Source: an uncultured Gammaproteobacteria bacterium | GTDB lineage: Bacteria > Pseudomonadota > Gammaproteobacteria > Francisellales > Francisellaceae | Direction of reading: 5' to 3' | DNA: 64,000 bases | NCBI GenBank assembly: GCA_913060525.1 | Contig: CAJXRW010000001.1 | Location: 289-64,288, forward strand | In this document: in pieces, positions 1-9,425 of the stretch | Layout of the letters: each line of letters opens with the position of its first letter | Numbering within the stretch: position 1 is the stretch's first letter | Program-made: the position numbers and the translations under genes | The notes under the pieces: generated by a model | Databases searched by the model: none | Seen by the model: the letters and a program-made list of their open reading frames with translations, nothing else | Told to the model about the DNA's origin: nothing

Positions 1-12
1 TGTCAATACAGA

Positions 13-711
13 TTGGCCAAACGGTTAAATTTTGATTCTAAAATCGGTGATCAAACGGTTATCAATCATCAAAATCAATCACCACTATATAATAATAATA
101 ATTATCATTATTATAAAAATAACGACTCTAAGAAAAATCCTGATTTAAGCGTTGTGTCTGGAGCTAGTAGTGATTCATTAAATGAAAAACCAAATAATAT
201 TGAACCGCCAGCAATTGAAAACGATCCTTGGTTAAAAGTCGATTACTCTGATTTAGAACCTGCATTTAAAAAAATGCACATTACTCAATTACGCAAAGTT
301 GAAGACTTGACCCCTGAATTAGTTCAAGAGTCCATTAATCATTTTGTATGGATGTTAAATAATGACGCTGAACGTAAATCTAAATTTAGTCCTGAGAAAA
401 ATCCAATACAAGGTTTAATTGGTTCGCTGAAAAAAGGTAATCCATGGGTAGAGCCAGGTTACATTGATCCAAAAGTTAAAGCCTTTGATGATTTAAATGC
501 ATTTAAACGTAAACGCTTAGAAGAAATACGCAAACGAAAAGAAGAAGCTTTTAATTTGGATTTTGAAATATGGCTGGAAGAAACAGATAGCAAAGTTATT
601 GCTGAAATTGAAAGTAAGCAAGGCGTAAAAGGTAAAACAATGAATGACAGTCGTTACCGAGGAATGATGAAAGACTATTTTAAAAACAATGTTTATCAGG
701 CAGACAAGTAG
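13..711 (+). CDS. hypothetical protein, possibly 5'-truncated by the window edge; ends 11 nt upstream of dnaB
   Basis: Long ORF with TTG at 13. The frame has no stop between nt 1 and 13, so it may start outside the window. Asn/Lys-rich low-complexity N-part and charged helical C-part. No family recognised. Confidence 0.45.
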   Translation: MAKRLNFDSKIGDQTVINHQNQSPLYNNNNYHYYKNNDSKKNPDLSVVSGASSDSLNEKPNNIEPPAIENDPWLKVDYSDLEPAFKKMHITQLRKVEDLTPELVQESINHFVWMLNNDAERKSKFSPEKNPIQGLIGSLKKGNPWVEPGYIDPKVKAFDDLNAFKRKRLEEIRKRKEEAFNLDFEIWLEETDSKVIAEIESKQGVKGKTMNDSRYRGMMKDYFKNNVYQADK

Positions 712-722
712 GGTAGGGCGGT

Positions 723-2078
723 ATGATGAAAAATAGTTTAATCTCGCCTGAATCTGAAAATAGTGTCATTGGTGCATTACTGTTAGATAATGCCAGTTAT
801 GACAAAGTATCTGATTTATTATCAGCGAATGATTTTCATGCCACTTCAAACCAGGTCATTTTTAGAGAAATAACTAAATTTGCCTTAGATGGTGATTCGT
901 TTGATGTCGTCACACTGGAACAATCTTTACGTGATTCTGGTAATATTGATCGGGCAGGGGGGTTAAGTAATCTCGCTAACATTGTTAAGAACACCCCAAC
1001 GTCTGCTAATATTTATTCATATGCAAAAATTGTGCAAAGAAAAGCTAAGCTAAGACGTTTACAACAAGCATTACGAGAATCTAACGAATTACTTTCAACT
1101 AACCAAGATCAAAACAGCGATGAATTATTAGATACCATTGAACAGAAAATACTTGCCATAAAAGATGAATCTACCAATGAACAAAGCGATATTTGTTATG
1201 CCAGCGAGGTTTTATACGATGTTGTCGATCATCTGGATAAGATAACAGAAAATAAAAGCGGTATTACAGGCATTCCAACAGGCTACATTGATCTTGATAA
1301 GAAGTTGTCGGGTATGCACGAGGCTGAGCTGATAATCGTCGCAGGGCGACCCTCTATGGGGAAAACCACCTTTGCTTTGAATATCCTTGAAAATGTATTA
1401 ATGGATACGGATAAGAGTGCTTTATTTTTCAGTTTAGAAATGCCTAAAAAAGACATCATGTTAAAAATCTGTTCTTCGCATTCAAAAGTACATTTTGAGA
1501 AGCTACGAGCCAAAGGCTTAGATGATGATGACTGGTCAAAATTTACAGTATCAATGGCGACGCTAAAAAACTCAAAGTTAGGCATAGTAGACACACCAAG
1601 CTTAACCCCGATGCAAGTGAAACATCGAGCCAGAAAATTTAAGCGTGAGAATCCAGACTTAGGCATAATTGTGGTGGATTATTTACAGTTAATGCGTGTA
1701 CCTGGTTATGAGAATAATCGCACTCAAGAAGTCTCTGAAATATCTCGTTCATTAAAATCATTAGCCAAAGAATTAAATATACCTGTAATTGCTATATCTC
1801 AGTTGAATAGGGCGGTTGATGATCGACGGGATAAGCGACCATTAATGTCAGATTTACGTGAATCTGGGGCAATTGAGCAAGATGCGGATGTGATTATGTT
1901 TGTTTATCGTAATGAGGTATATGAACCACTTAATAACGAATCAAAAGGTAAAGCTGAAGTTATCATTAGTAAGCAACGTAATGGGCCAATTGGTTCAATT
2001 GATTTAGTCTTTAAAGGCGAGATATCACGTTTTGAGAGTATGATGTTAAATCAATATACAAATTTTCTCAAAGATTAA
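723..2078 (+). CDS. dnaB: replicative DNA helicase DnaB (plasmid-borne copy)
   Basis: 451 aa. N-terminal DnaB-type domain (ENSVIGALLLD), Walker A GRPSMGKTTFALN, Walker B-like IIVVDYLQLM, plus SQLNR and RESGAIEQDAD motifs typical of DnaB-family helicases. Confidence 0.93.
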   Translation: MMKNSLISPESENSVIGALLLDNASYDKVSDLLSANDFHATSNQVIFREITKFALDGDSFDVVTLEQSLRDSGNIDRAGGLSNLANIVKNTPTSANIYSYAKIVQRKAKLRRLQQALRESNELLSTNQDQNSDELLDTIEQKILAIKDESTNEQSDICYASEVLYDVVDHLDKITENKSGITGIPTGYIDLDKKLSGMHEAELIIVAGRPSMGKTTFALNILENVLMDTDKSALFFSLEMPKKDIMLKICSSHSKVHFEKLRAKGLDDDDWSKFTVSMATLKNSKLGIVDTPSLTPMQVKHRARKFKRENPDLGIIVVDYLQLMRVPGYENNRTQEVSEISRSLKSLAKELNIPVIAISQLNRAVDDRRDKRPLMSDLRESGAIEQDADVIMFVYRNEVYEPLNNESKGKAEVIISKQRNGPIGSIDLVFKGEISRFESMMLNQYTNFLKD

Positions 2079-2092
2079 CCTAATTAATCAAT

Positions 2093-3289
2093 TTAATTAA
2101 CGTTTCTTTTTTGGTCAGAAAAAAATATAACCACTAAGATGGTTAGTATTAAGAAAAGGTTAAAAAAACTAAATATTATTAATGACTCATCTACTATAAA
2201 TAAACAAAAAATTGTAAGAATTGAACAAGCACCAAATTGCATAGTTGTTAGTATACTGCTTGCTGTACCAATGTTCGATTTAATTTCAGATAAACTGTAA
2301 CTGCAAAAATTGGGAAATAAAAGACCAGTTGATAGTTCAATGATCGACATTGGAATAAGAAAAAATAAATATGAATCGTGTTTGATAATGGTTGCTAGCA
2401 TAAGAAGGGTGATACCTAAAGAAATAAAAATCACACCAAGACGATTTGAATCTCTGACAGTCGCACGCTTTAGTAAAATAAAATTTAAGATTGTTCCAAT
2501 TAGATATGCCGAACCGTAAATTAATTGGATATGACCTATTTCAATATAATTCAAGCTATACAGTTCTTTGTAAATAATTGGGCTGACGATAACATACGAC
2601 ATATATAACCCATAAATAATGCTACTGATATATGCGCCAACTCGAAAAGATTTTACTTTAAAAGTTTCTCGAAATATTTCAATTAAATTTGTATCTGAAG
2701 TTTTTTTATTTTCAATCGTCTCAGGTATGAAAAACAAATAAAGCAAAAATGCTAAAACACCAAGAATGATAATTGCGATAAAGATAAACTTGTAAGATGT
2801 TGCATAAGTAATGTATGCACCAATTACAGGTGAAAAAGTGGGAATACAGGCCCAAGCTAAGGTGGCGACAGTGAATGCCATTGCCAAGAATTTACCTTGA
2901 AATACATCAGTTAATAATGTCATTGCAATAACCGTAGCAAAAGCTGCACAAAATCCAGTTACGAAACGAAAAGCGATAAAAGTATAAATATCAGTCGAAA
3001 AAATAATTAATGTTGTGAACACGCAGTAAATAAATAACAGCACCAGTGTTATGATTTTTCTACCAAATTTATCAGATAAATAACCAACTATAATAGGAGA
3101 TAAAGCCATGCCGAATAAGTATGAGCTTAAAGTCATCTGTATGTAAGAAACATCTATACCCATATCTATAGCCATAAGATTAAAAACAGGCATATACATG
3201 TCGATTGCTGATTCTGATACAACTGCTAATAAACATATAAGTGCAAGAATCAGTGATTTATTAACGTTTTTTGATGAATTTCCCAGCAT
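2093..3289 (-). CDS. MFS transporter, DHA1 (Bcr/CflA-like) efflux protein
   Basis: 398 aa, almost entirely hydrophobic with about 12 helices. MFS motif-A-like loop GYLSDKFGRKIIT after TM2. Confidence 0.8.
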   Translation of the reverse strand: MLGNSSKNVNKSLILALICLLAVVSESAIDMYMPVFNLMAIDMGIDVSYIQMTLSSYLFGMALSPIIVGYLSDKFGRKIITLVLLFIYCVFTTLIIFSTDIYTFIAFRFVTGFCAAFATVIAMTLLTDVFQGKFLAMAFTVATLAWACIPTFSPVIGAYITYATSYKFIFIAIIILGVLAFLLYLFFIPETIENKKTSDTNLIEIFRETFKVKSFRVGAYISSIIYGLYMSYVIVSPIIYKELYSLNYIEIGHIQLIYGSAYLIGTILNFILLKRATVRDSNRLGVIFISLGITLLMLATIIKHDSYLFFLIPMSIIELSTGLLFPNFCSYSLSEIKSNIGTASSILTTMQFGACSILTIFCLFIVDESLIIFSFFNLFLILTILVVIFFSDQKRNVN

Positions 3290-3331
3290 AATTAACTACT
3301 TTTAGAGTAATACAGCATTAATTTTGTATAT

Positions 3332-4162
3332 ATGTCTAAAAATATAGCATTTACTGAAGAGGTTTACCCAACTTATTACCATAGTCTTACAGTTGACCAG
3401 GATTTATATTCAAAGAAAAATAAATACCACGAAATTAGGTTTTTCAGGAATGATGCTTATGGTGTTGTTTATACAAGTGATAATATTGTTCAGACCACTG
3501 AGAAAGATGAATTTGTATACCACGAAATGTCTGCACATGTTTCGATGCAAACTCATGGAAATGTAAAGACGGTATTGATCATCGGTGGTGGCGGTGGTGG
3601 GTGCTTGCGTGAAATATTAAAATACAACTCTGTTGAAAAAGTGGTTGTATGTGAAATTGATCAAGATGTTTATTATGGTTTTCAAACATACCTAGATTAT
3701 TCTGATGGTGCTTTTACTGATAAAAGAACACATTTGTTATTTTCTTGTGGATCTAGCTTTGTAGAGAATTGCACTGATAAATATGATCTAATTATTTGTG
3801 ATGCGCCCGATCCAGTAGGGTGTGGCGCAAGTTTATTTAGTGATGTATTTTATAAAAATTGCAGCAAGCTGCTCAATATTAATGGGATAATAACCGGTCA
3901 GATTGGTGTTCCATTCTTCCAGTTAGATAATGCTGTTCGAGCTAATAATTTTCTTTCTGCTATCTTTAGTAATGTTAAATTTTACAACGCAGCTGTACCT
4001 ATTTTCTGTGGTGGCACGATGCTTTTTTATATGGCATCAAACGAACAGGTTAGTTTGGCAGAGCACACATCAGAGCCACCAGGCTTAAAGTATTTTAATT
4101 CAGAAATATATAGGGCCACTTTTGCCTTGCCTAACTATATTAGAGCAGGGTTAAGTACATGA
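3332..4162 (+). CDS. spermidine synthase (SpeE)-like aminopropyltransferase homologue with atypical cofactor loop
   Basis: 276 aa, collinear by eye with E. coli SpeE. Matches: VQTTEKDEFVYHEM (cf. VQTTERDEFIYHEM), VLIIGGGGGGCLREI glycine loop, CEID, ICDAPDPVG (cf. ISDCTDPIG), FALPNY near the C-terminus. The loop reads GGGGGG instead of GGGDG(G/A). Confidence 0.8.
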   Translation: MSKNIAFTEEVYPTYYHSLTVDQDLYSKKNKYHEIRFFRNDAYGVVYTSDNIVQTTEKDEFVYHEMSAHVSMQTHGNVKTVLIIGGGGGGCLREILKYNSVEKVVVCEIDQDVYYGFQTYLDYSDGAFTDKRTHLLFSCGSSFVENCTDKYDLIICDAPDPVGCGASLFSDVFYKNCSKLLNINGIITGQIGVPFFQLDNAVRANNFLSAIFSNVKFYNAAVPIFCGGTMLFYMASNEQVSLAEHTSEPPGLKYFNSEIYRATFALPNYIRAGLST

Positions 4163-5244
4163 GAAAAATAACCACATTCTTACTTGTATTAGTTATATCT
4201 TCACAATTAATTTACGCTAAACAAGTGGTAAATATGATGGGTTGGACAGGTTATTTGACCTATACACCTGACCTGATTAAAAAGAAACAGGAGATAGAGG
4301 CTGGTTGTAATGTAGAGATAAGTTTCGATAATTATGATTCATATGATCAAATGATAAAAATGGTTGAAGGAAACCAAAAATATGACATTTCAATTGTATC
4401 AGATACTTTTTATGCATCAATCAGCAAGCAACTTACCTATAAAGGGAGTGACTTAGGATTAAAGGCCAGCCAAACTTACAATCCAGTCATTAAAGAACAT
4501 TACCTAAAAAAATACCCTGCTAATGTAGGTATTTTTCAGCTTGCATTATCTGGGTTTGTCTATAACCCAAAATATATTGAAGAAGGAAATATATCATTTC
4601 AGTCAATCATAGAAGTTTCAAAGGAAGAAGATGTTATTTTTTTAGATGATCCAATTGAGATAGCAAATATCATTCAAAATACCTATTATCCCGATGAATC
4701 ATTACCGATTGGTGATAAGCAGATAATTAGGAATATTAACCAGTTCGAAAGTGAAGTAATAGGGAAAAATATATATTTTTCTGATTTGCACACACCGCTT
4801 GATTTTTCAAATAAATTTGCCGCCCATTTTATTTGGTCTGGTGAAGGGTTGTTAATTATTAAGGAAGCTAAAAAAACAAAAGATGAAGATTTGAAATATA
4901 GCTCCACACCAGCGCTTGACTATATATCTATGGATGTGCTTAGTGTTTTAAATGACAAAAAAAGCACTGCTTGTGTTGCTCAAGCTTTGTTATCTAAACT
5001 CTATTTAGACGAAATGGCAAAAAGTTATTATTATTTCAGTCCATATATTGATAGTGTGATTAAAAACGAGGGTGAAGAGTATGAAAAATTACAACAAAAA
5101 TTCATCAAAGTTTTACATCATGCAAGTGAAGGAACATGGCTAGATAATATCGTTGCTACGAATGATGAGCTTGTCTATGGCAGATGGCAAGAAATTAGAG
5201 GCCAAATAAACTATCAAAGACCAACTGATGATAAAAAAGAATAA
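4159..5244 (+). CDS. periplasmic solute-binding protein, PotD/PotF-like (polyamine-binding family)
   Basis: 361 aa with a Sec signal peptide (..SSQLIYA/KQ). Pattern resembles PotD: VNMMGWTGYL (cf. LYFYNWTEYV), NYDSYDQMIKMVEG..YDISIVSDTFY (cf. TYESNETMYAKLK..YDLVVPSTYY), IWSGEG (cf. IWNGSA), MDVLSVLNDKKS (cf. MDSLAIPANAKN). Start overlaps the upstream stop (ATGA). Confidence 0.6.
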   Translation: MRKITTFLLVLVISSQLIYAKQVVNMMGWTGYLTYTPDLIKKKQEIEAGCNVEISFDNYDSYDQMIKMVEGNQKYDISIVSDTFYASISKQLTYKGSDLGLKASQTYNPVIKEHYLKKYPANVGIFQLALSGFVYNPKYIEEGNISFQSIIEVSKEEDVIFLDDPIEIANIIQNTYYPDESLPIGDKQIIRNINQFESEVIGKNIYFSDLHTPLDFSNKFAAHFIWSGEGLLIIKEAKKTKDEDLKYSSTPALDYISMDVLSVLNDKKSTACVAQALLSKLYLDEMAKSYYYFSPYIDSVIKNEGEEYEKLQQKFIKVLHHASEGTWLDNIVATNDELVYGRWQEIRGQINYQRPTDDKKE

Positions 5245-7225
5245 ATTCGTCAATAAAATATATTCGGAGAGTGGGTTAAAATGGGAGTTTTTTTTTACGA
5301 CATTCGTAACTTTCTTCATATATGCGATACTGATCTTTATTGTTCTGTATATTGAGTTTGATAAAAAAATACAAAAGGCGGCAATAAAATCTAGTCATGA
5401 AGAATTAGTCTCAGAAAATATTGCGTTTCAAAGTCAGTTAGCAACAAATATTTCTATGTTTATAAATGATCCGAGATTTCTTGATTATATTAAAGCTGGC
5501 TCAGCGACAAGGTTAAAATATTCCGGCGATGTTACCGAGGTATTCCTTAATTCCATTAAACCATATAAAAACGTAATAGCCGGAGTTGAAATATATCAAA
5601 ATCAAGAGACGGGTATACGTCAGTTTAGCCACCCAAAAAACAAACTTGTTAAAAAAATCCTGGGTACATCTGATTATTACTTCAGTATTCCTTTGTCATA
5701 TATGAATGATCAATATAACCCTAATAGCCAATATGTTGGCTACGTGAATATATATATTAATAAGAATCAATATATTGATTTTCTTGTCCAGCATTATGGT
5801 AGCTTGGAAAAATGTAATGCACCAGAAAGAGAAAAATATGATGAGTGTGTTTCTATTAATGGATTTGGTTCGAAATTTGGCATATTTGAAATAGAGTTAC
5901 ATAAACATTTTTATATACGGTCATTGGTTTCATATCCAGCTGAAACAGAATTGTTATATAAATATTTTTTAACAGGCCTTATTATTTTCATGGTTCTATT
6001 CTTGGTGTTTTATATCTGGCTTGCATCTATGTTGACGAAGCGAGTATTTACGCCATTAAGTAATCTAAAAAAGTTATTAACTAGTAAAGAAATATCAACG
6101 GCTGCGCTTAATAATGGATTAGAAGAAATTACTGTCGCGCATGCTAGCGTTGCTGCTTTAAAGGGAACACTTGAAGATCGTAAGAATGATTTTATTAATT
6201 TTCGAAAGGTTGTGCTAAAACAAGTTTATACAGATATACATGAAGTAAAAAATTATTTCACTTCAGTTATCAGTTTGTCAGAGAACATAACACAAGGAGA
6301 AGGATCTGAGTTGAGGTTAATTAAGTCTGCAGAAAGGAGGGTGTATGATTTACTCAAAAAATATCGCAACTTTAGCTTAAATGAAATAACGCAATTAAGG
6401 GAAAAACCTCAACTTACATCAATTAAACCATTATTTAGGCGTATTGATGATAAAATTCAAGAGTATGTAGTTGGTAGTAAGTTAGTTAATCTAAATTCTA
6501 AAAAAATAGAAATTAATAGTTATATATCCATTCCTGAAAACTACAATAACCATCTGCTTTTAGTATCAAGAAATAATGTTATTACTATGTTAGATATATT
6601 GTATAGTAATGCAGCACAAAGCGATTGTATTGGACTAAAATCCATTACGATCAGTGCTTACATAGATAACTATTGCTTTATATTAAAAGTCACTGATAAC
6701 GGTGTTGGTTTTGATTCGGAGCGCATAGATCAATATTTCGCAGGGCATACATCAAAAGAATTAGGATCTGGTATTGGGTTATCCAGGTGTCAAGAAATCA
6801 TTCAGCCAGCTTCAGGAGAAATAAAACTAGAATCAAATGAGCCAGGTGAGAATGTAACGGTATCAATCGAAATCCCAATTTTAAAGCCAACCTTTTTTGA
6901 TTTATCATTTTTCTTAATTAAAGCATTAAATTTTAATTCAGTAATTATATATACAGATCGAGAAGGATATTATTCTGGTAATGGTAATGGCATTATTTTG
7001 AAAAAAATATTTAATAAGCAAAAAAAATTCAAAAATTACTTATTTACCTATTATTTTGATCTGACAACGTTAGTAATTATTGATTCAGATAAGATTGATT
7101 TATCTTTATTGGAAGAAATCAAAGAGAATAAAAAAATCATTAATGAAAATGTTTATATATTATCGGATAATGAGGATATCCCTCGTGATTTTACAATATT
7201 TAGGAAACGGTACTTTGAAGGGTGA
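5228..7225 (+). CDS. membrane sensor histidine kinase with ~200-aa periplasmic domain and an extra C-terminal degenerate receiver-like region
   Basis: 665 aa with two TM helices flanking a periplasmic segment. Candidate H-box YTDIHEVKNYF, N-box MLDILYSNAAQS, G1 DNGVGFD, G2 GSGIGLSRC. About 110 aa follow the ATPase domain (VIIYTDREG...LVIIDSD). Confidence 0.75.
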   Translation: MIKKNKFVNKIYSESGLKWEFFFTTFVTFFIYAILIFIVLYIEFDKKIQKAAIKSSHEELVSENIAFQSQLATNISMFINDPRFLDYIKAGSATRLKYSGDVTEVFLNSIKPYKNVIAGVEIYQNQETGIRQFSHPKNKLVKKILGTSDYYFSIPLSYMNDQYNPNSQYVGYVNIYINKNQYIDFLVQHYGSLEKCNAPEREKYDECVSINGFGSKFGIFEIELHKHFYIRSLVSYPAETELLYKYFLTGLIIFMVLFLVFYIWLASMLTKRVFTPLSNLKKLLTSKEISTAALNNGLEEITVAHASVAALKGTLEDRKNDFINFRKVVLKQVYTDIHEVKNYFTSVISLSENITQGEGSELRLIKSAERRVYDLLKKYRNFSLNEITQLREKPQLTSIKPLFRRIDDKIQEYVVGSKLVNLNSKKIEINSYISIPENYNNHLLLVSRNNVITMLDILYSNAAQSDCIGLKSITISAYIDNYCFILKVTDNGVGFDSERIDQYFAGHTSKELGSGIGLSRCQEIIQPASGEIKLESNEPGENVTVSIEIPILKPTFFDLSFFLIKALNFNSVIIYTDREGYYSGNGNGIILKKIFNKQKKFKNYLFTYYFDLTTLVIIDSDKIDLSLLEEIKENKKIINENVYILSDNEDIPRDFTIFRKRYFEG

Positions 7226-8073
7226 TTATGAATTTATTTAATAGATCAAAAATTGTTATTCTTGATAATAATCTTGAATATGCAGAATCTTTAGTGGGTA
7301 AGCTAAAATTTGCTTTTCCAGATTGTAGCTTCAAAATATTTACTCGTGCGCGAGATTTATTTGATAGCGCGGCAACATATTTAAATATTTCTGATGTGGT
7401 TGATAGCGTAGAAGATATATATAACAATGTGATAGATGATTATGAACAATATGGTACTCTTCATCAGCAGCTTTTAGATTGTGAGCCAACACTTTTTGTA
7501 CTCGACTTTAATTTGGGTGAAGCAAGCTCACAAAATGGTATTGGTATATCAAGAATGCTTAAAAAGCATAAAGCGAATTCATATACTATTTTACTTACAA
7601 ATTTTGCTAATCATCAAACAGGTTGCGACGCTCAAAACCGAAAGCATATAGATGGATTTGTGGCAAAAGACACTATTCTTGATCAAACAGAGGTAATGCT
7701 GAGTCGAGATGATATATTTCAAGATATTGCTTTTCATATCCAGCACGCTAGGAATAATATTTCCTATGAAAGGATTAATGAATTCAATAACATCCAATCA
7801 AAAGCAAATGCATTAACCAAACGTTTTATTTCTGGATTAAGCATTAAGTCATATTACTATATTGATTCTATTGGATCTTGTTATGCTAAATCAGATGCAC
7901 AGAATTTCATATTTAAGGTACAAGAGCGACAAATATATGAAGAATTGAAAGAAAAATACAACACTGAATGTATTTTATTTAATGCCGAATATTCTGATAT
8001 TGGTAATCATTACTGTTGTGATGTAATTTATAGTAATAACGAGTTTGTTGCTGGTTTTAAGGATATCACATGA
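7222..8073 (+). CDS. receiver-domain (response-regulator-like) protein with unknown C-terminal domain
   Basis: 283 aa. CheY-like layout: KIVILDNN, candidate phospho-acceptor in LFVLDFNLGE, ILLTNFAN (Thr), GFVAKD (Lys). The C-terminal ~130 aa has no recognisable DNA-binding motif. GTG at 7222 overlaps the kinase stop; an alternative ATG lies at 7228. Confidence 0.55.
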   Translation: MIMNLFNRSKIVILDNNLEYAESLVGKLKFAFPDCSFKIFTRARDLFDSAATYLNISDVVDSVEDIYNNVIDDYEQYGTLHQQLLDCEPTLFVLDFNLGEASSQNGIGISRMLKKHKANSYTILLTNFANHQTGCDAQNRKHIDGFVAKDTILDQTEVMLSRDDIFQDIAFHIQHARNNISYERINEFNNIQSKANALTKRFISGLSIKSYYYIDSIGSCYAKSDAQNFIFKVQERQIYEELKEKYNTECILFNAEYSDIGNHYCCDVIYSNNEFVAGFKDIT

Positions 8074-8753
8074 GTCTTTATGAAAATAGTTGGAAGCTTT
8101 ATAAAGCAGCTACAGAAAATTTAGATTTTGATTACAAGTATTATTTAGATTTTAGTCGCCATTACAAAACATTAGACTTGTGTGCTGGTTTTGGGAGAGT
8201 CTCAAATTATCTAGTTGAACATGGTGTTGATGTTACTGCAGTTGAGCTTGAAGACGAATTTATACCTTTCCTAAAACTTAATAAAGATAAAATACAACAT
8301 GCTAATATCCTTGATCTTACAGGTGACAATCAGTTTGATCGAGTTATTTCGCCATACAATAGCTTTTGCTTGTTTACTGGTAGTTCAGTAGATAAATTTT
8401 TTGATATGCTTTCTAAAGTACTTAGACCAGATGGTTTAGCAAGCATCAGCTATTATCACCAAAAGCATTGGTATCACTTAGATGAAGGTGAATGGAATTT
8501 TATTTTAGATGGTGAGGAATTTACTTATACATTCGACTTTTCTAAGGATAAATCAGACTCGTTTTGGTTAGACCGGTTTAAGTTATTATCTTCAGGGGAA
8601 GTGATCGAGCACAAATATCCAATATCAATATACGATGACTTTTCAGAGTTAGACATATATTGTAATAAATATGGTCTAGTCATGACTGAAATCGTGAAGC
8701 ATAATTATACTTTAGAGCCAGGCTGGTACGATATTATAATTAGAAAGATATGA
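8070..8753 (+). CDS. class I SAM-dependent methyltransferase
   Basis: 227 aa. Motif I TLDLCAGFGRVSNYL followed by the acidic loop VTAVELEDE, and post-I/II elements (RVISPYNSF). ATGA overlap with the upstream gene. Confidence 0.7.
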   Translation: MSLYENSWKLYKAATENLDFDYKYYLDFSRHYKTLDLCAGFGRVSNYLVEHGVDVTAVELEDEFIPFLKLNKDKIQHANILDLTGDNQFDRVISPYNSFCLFTGSSVDKFFDMLSKVLRPDGLASISYYHQKHWYHLDEGEWNFILDGEEFTYTFDFSKDKSDSFWLDRFKLLSSGEVIEHKYPISIYDDFSELDIYCNKYGLVMTEIVKHNYTLEPGWYDIIIRKI

Positions 8754-9322
8754 AAACCGTAAAAGATAGAGTTATTTTCGCGCGCAAACAGACGCGTTTA
8801 TCACAAAAGAATTTTTGTAAAACAGATAATCGTAAAGCAAAAATTGGCGAGGCAACTCTAAAGGTGGTTGAGTTAGGTTCAGACCTATCAGATAACATCT
8901 GTAACAAGTTAGTTAATCGCTTAGAAGAGCTTGGATATAAAGTTAGTAAGGAGTGGATTCTTACTGGCGTTGGTGAACTGCCACGTAAAATATCAGATAT
9001 TTATGAACGAACATCAAATGAAGCAATTTCTGAACGATTAGAGTTTATTATCAATTTTGGACAGCTAACTGAAAAAGATTATGTACTTGATTACACACCA
9101 CCAACAGTACAGGCTTGGAGAGCAGGGAAAAGAGGGGGGATCAGTAAGGAATATGCTGATAAGCTCGCAAATATGCTCGCTGAGTCAAAGAGAATTTATT
9201 TTGACTCTAGTTGGTTATTGTATGGAATAGGTGCTGCACCGACAACTAATAAAGATATTTATCTGTCTAATTCTGAGTATGTTTGTGCATGTTCAGACTC
9301 TATTAATAATAAATTACAATAA
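8750..9322 (+). CDS. putative DNA-binding protein with XRE-type helix-turn-helix
   Basis: 190 aa. N-terminal VKDRVIFARKQTRLSQKNFC resembles an XRE HTH. A second HTH-like segment lies near aa 95-130. ATGA overlap with the methyltransferase; last gene of the operon. Confidence 0.5.
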   Translation: MKTVKDRVIFARKQTRLSQKNFCKTDNRKAKIGEATLKVVELGSDLSDNICNKLVNRLEELGYKVSKEWILTGVGELPRKISDIYERTSNEAISERLEFIINFGQLTEKDYVLDYTPPTVQAWRAGKRGGISKEYADKLANMLAESKRIYFDSSWLLYGIGAAPTTNKDIYLSNSEYVCACSDSINNKLQ

Positions 9323-9425
9323 AAATATAATTCATAATTAATTTATATAAACAAGTAACTGCAAACGATTTATGCAATTACAAATCATACTAAATAAAAT
9401 ATATATTTTTTATTTAAGATAATTA

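Noticed and set aside
1283-1666. 127-aa antisense ORF inside dnaB. The same class includes 2310-2519, 4686-4907, 7200-7427, 7591-7797, 11281-11535, 11528-11755, 12175-12393, 12469-12799 and 12874-13149.
   Set aside because: Each is fully embedded in, or antisense to, a gene with strong family motifs (dnaB, MFS, PotD-like, kinase, receiver, virB4). None has a recognisable domain or a convincing RBS. These are typical shadow ORFs.
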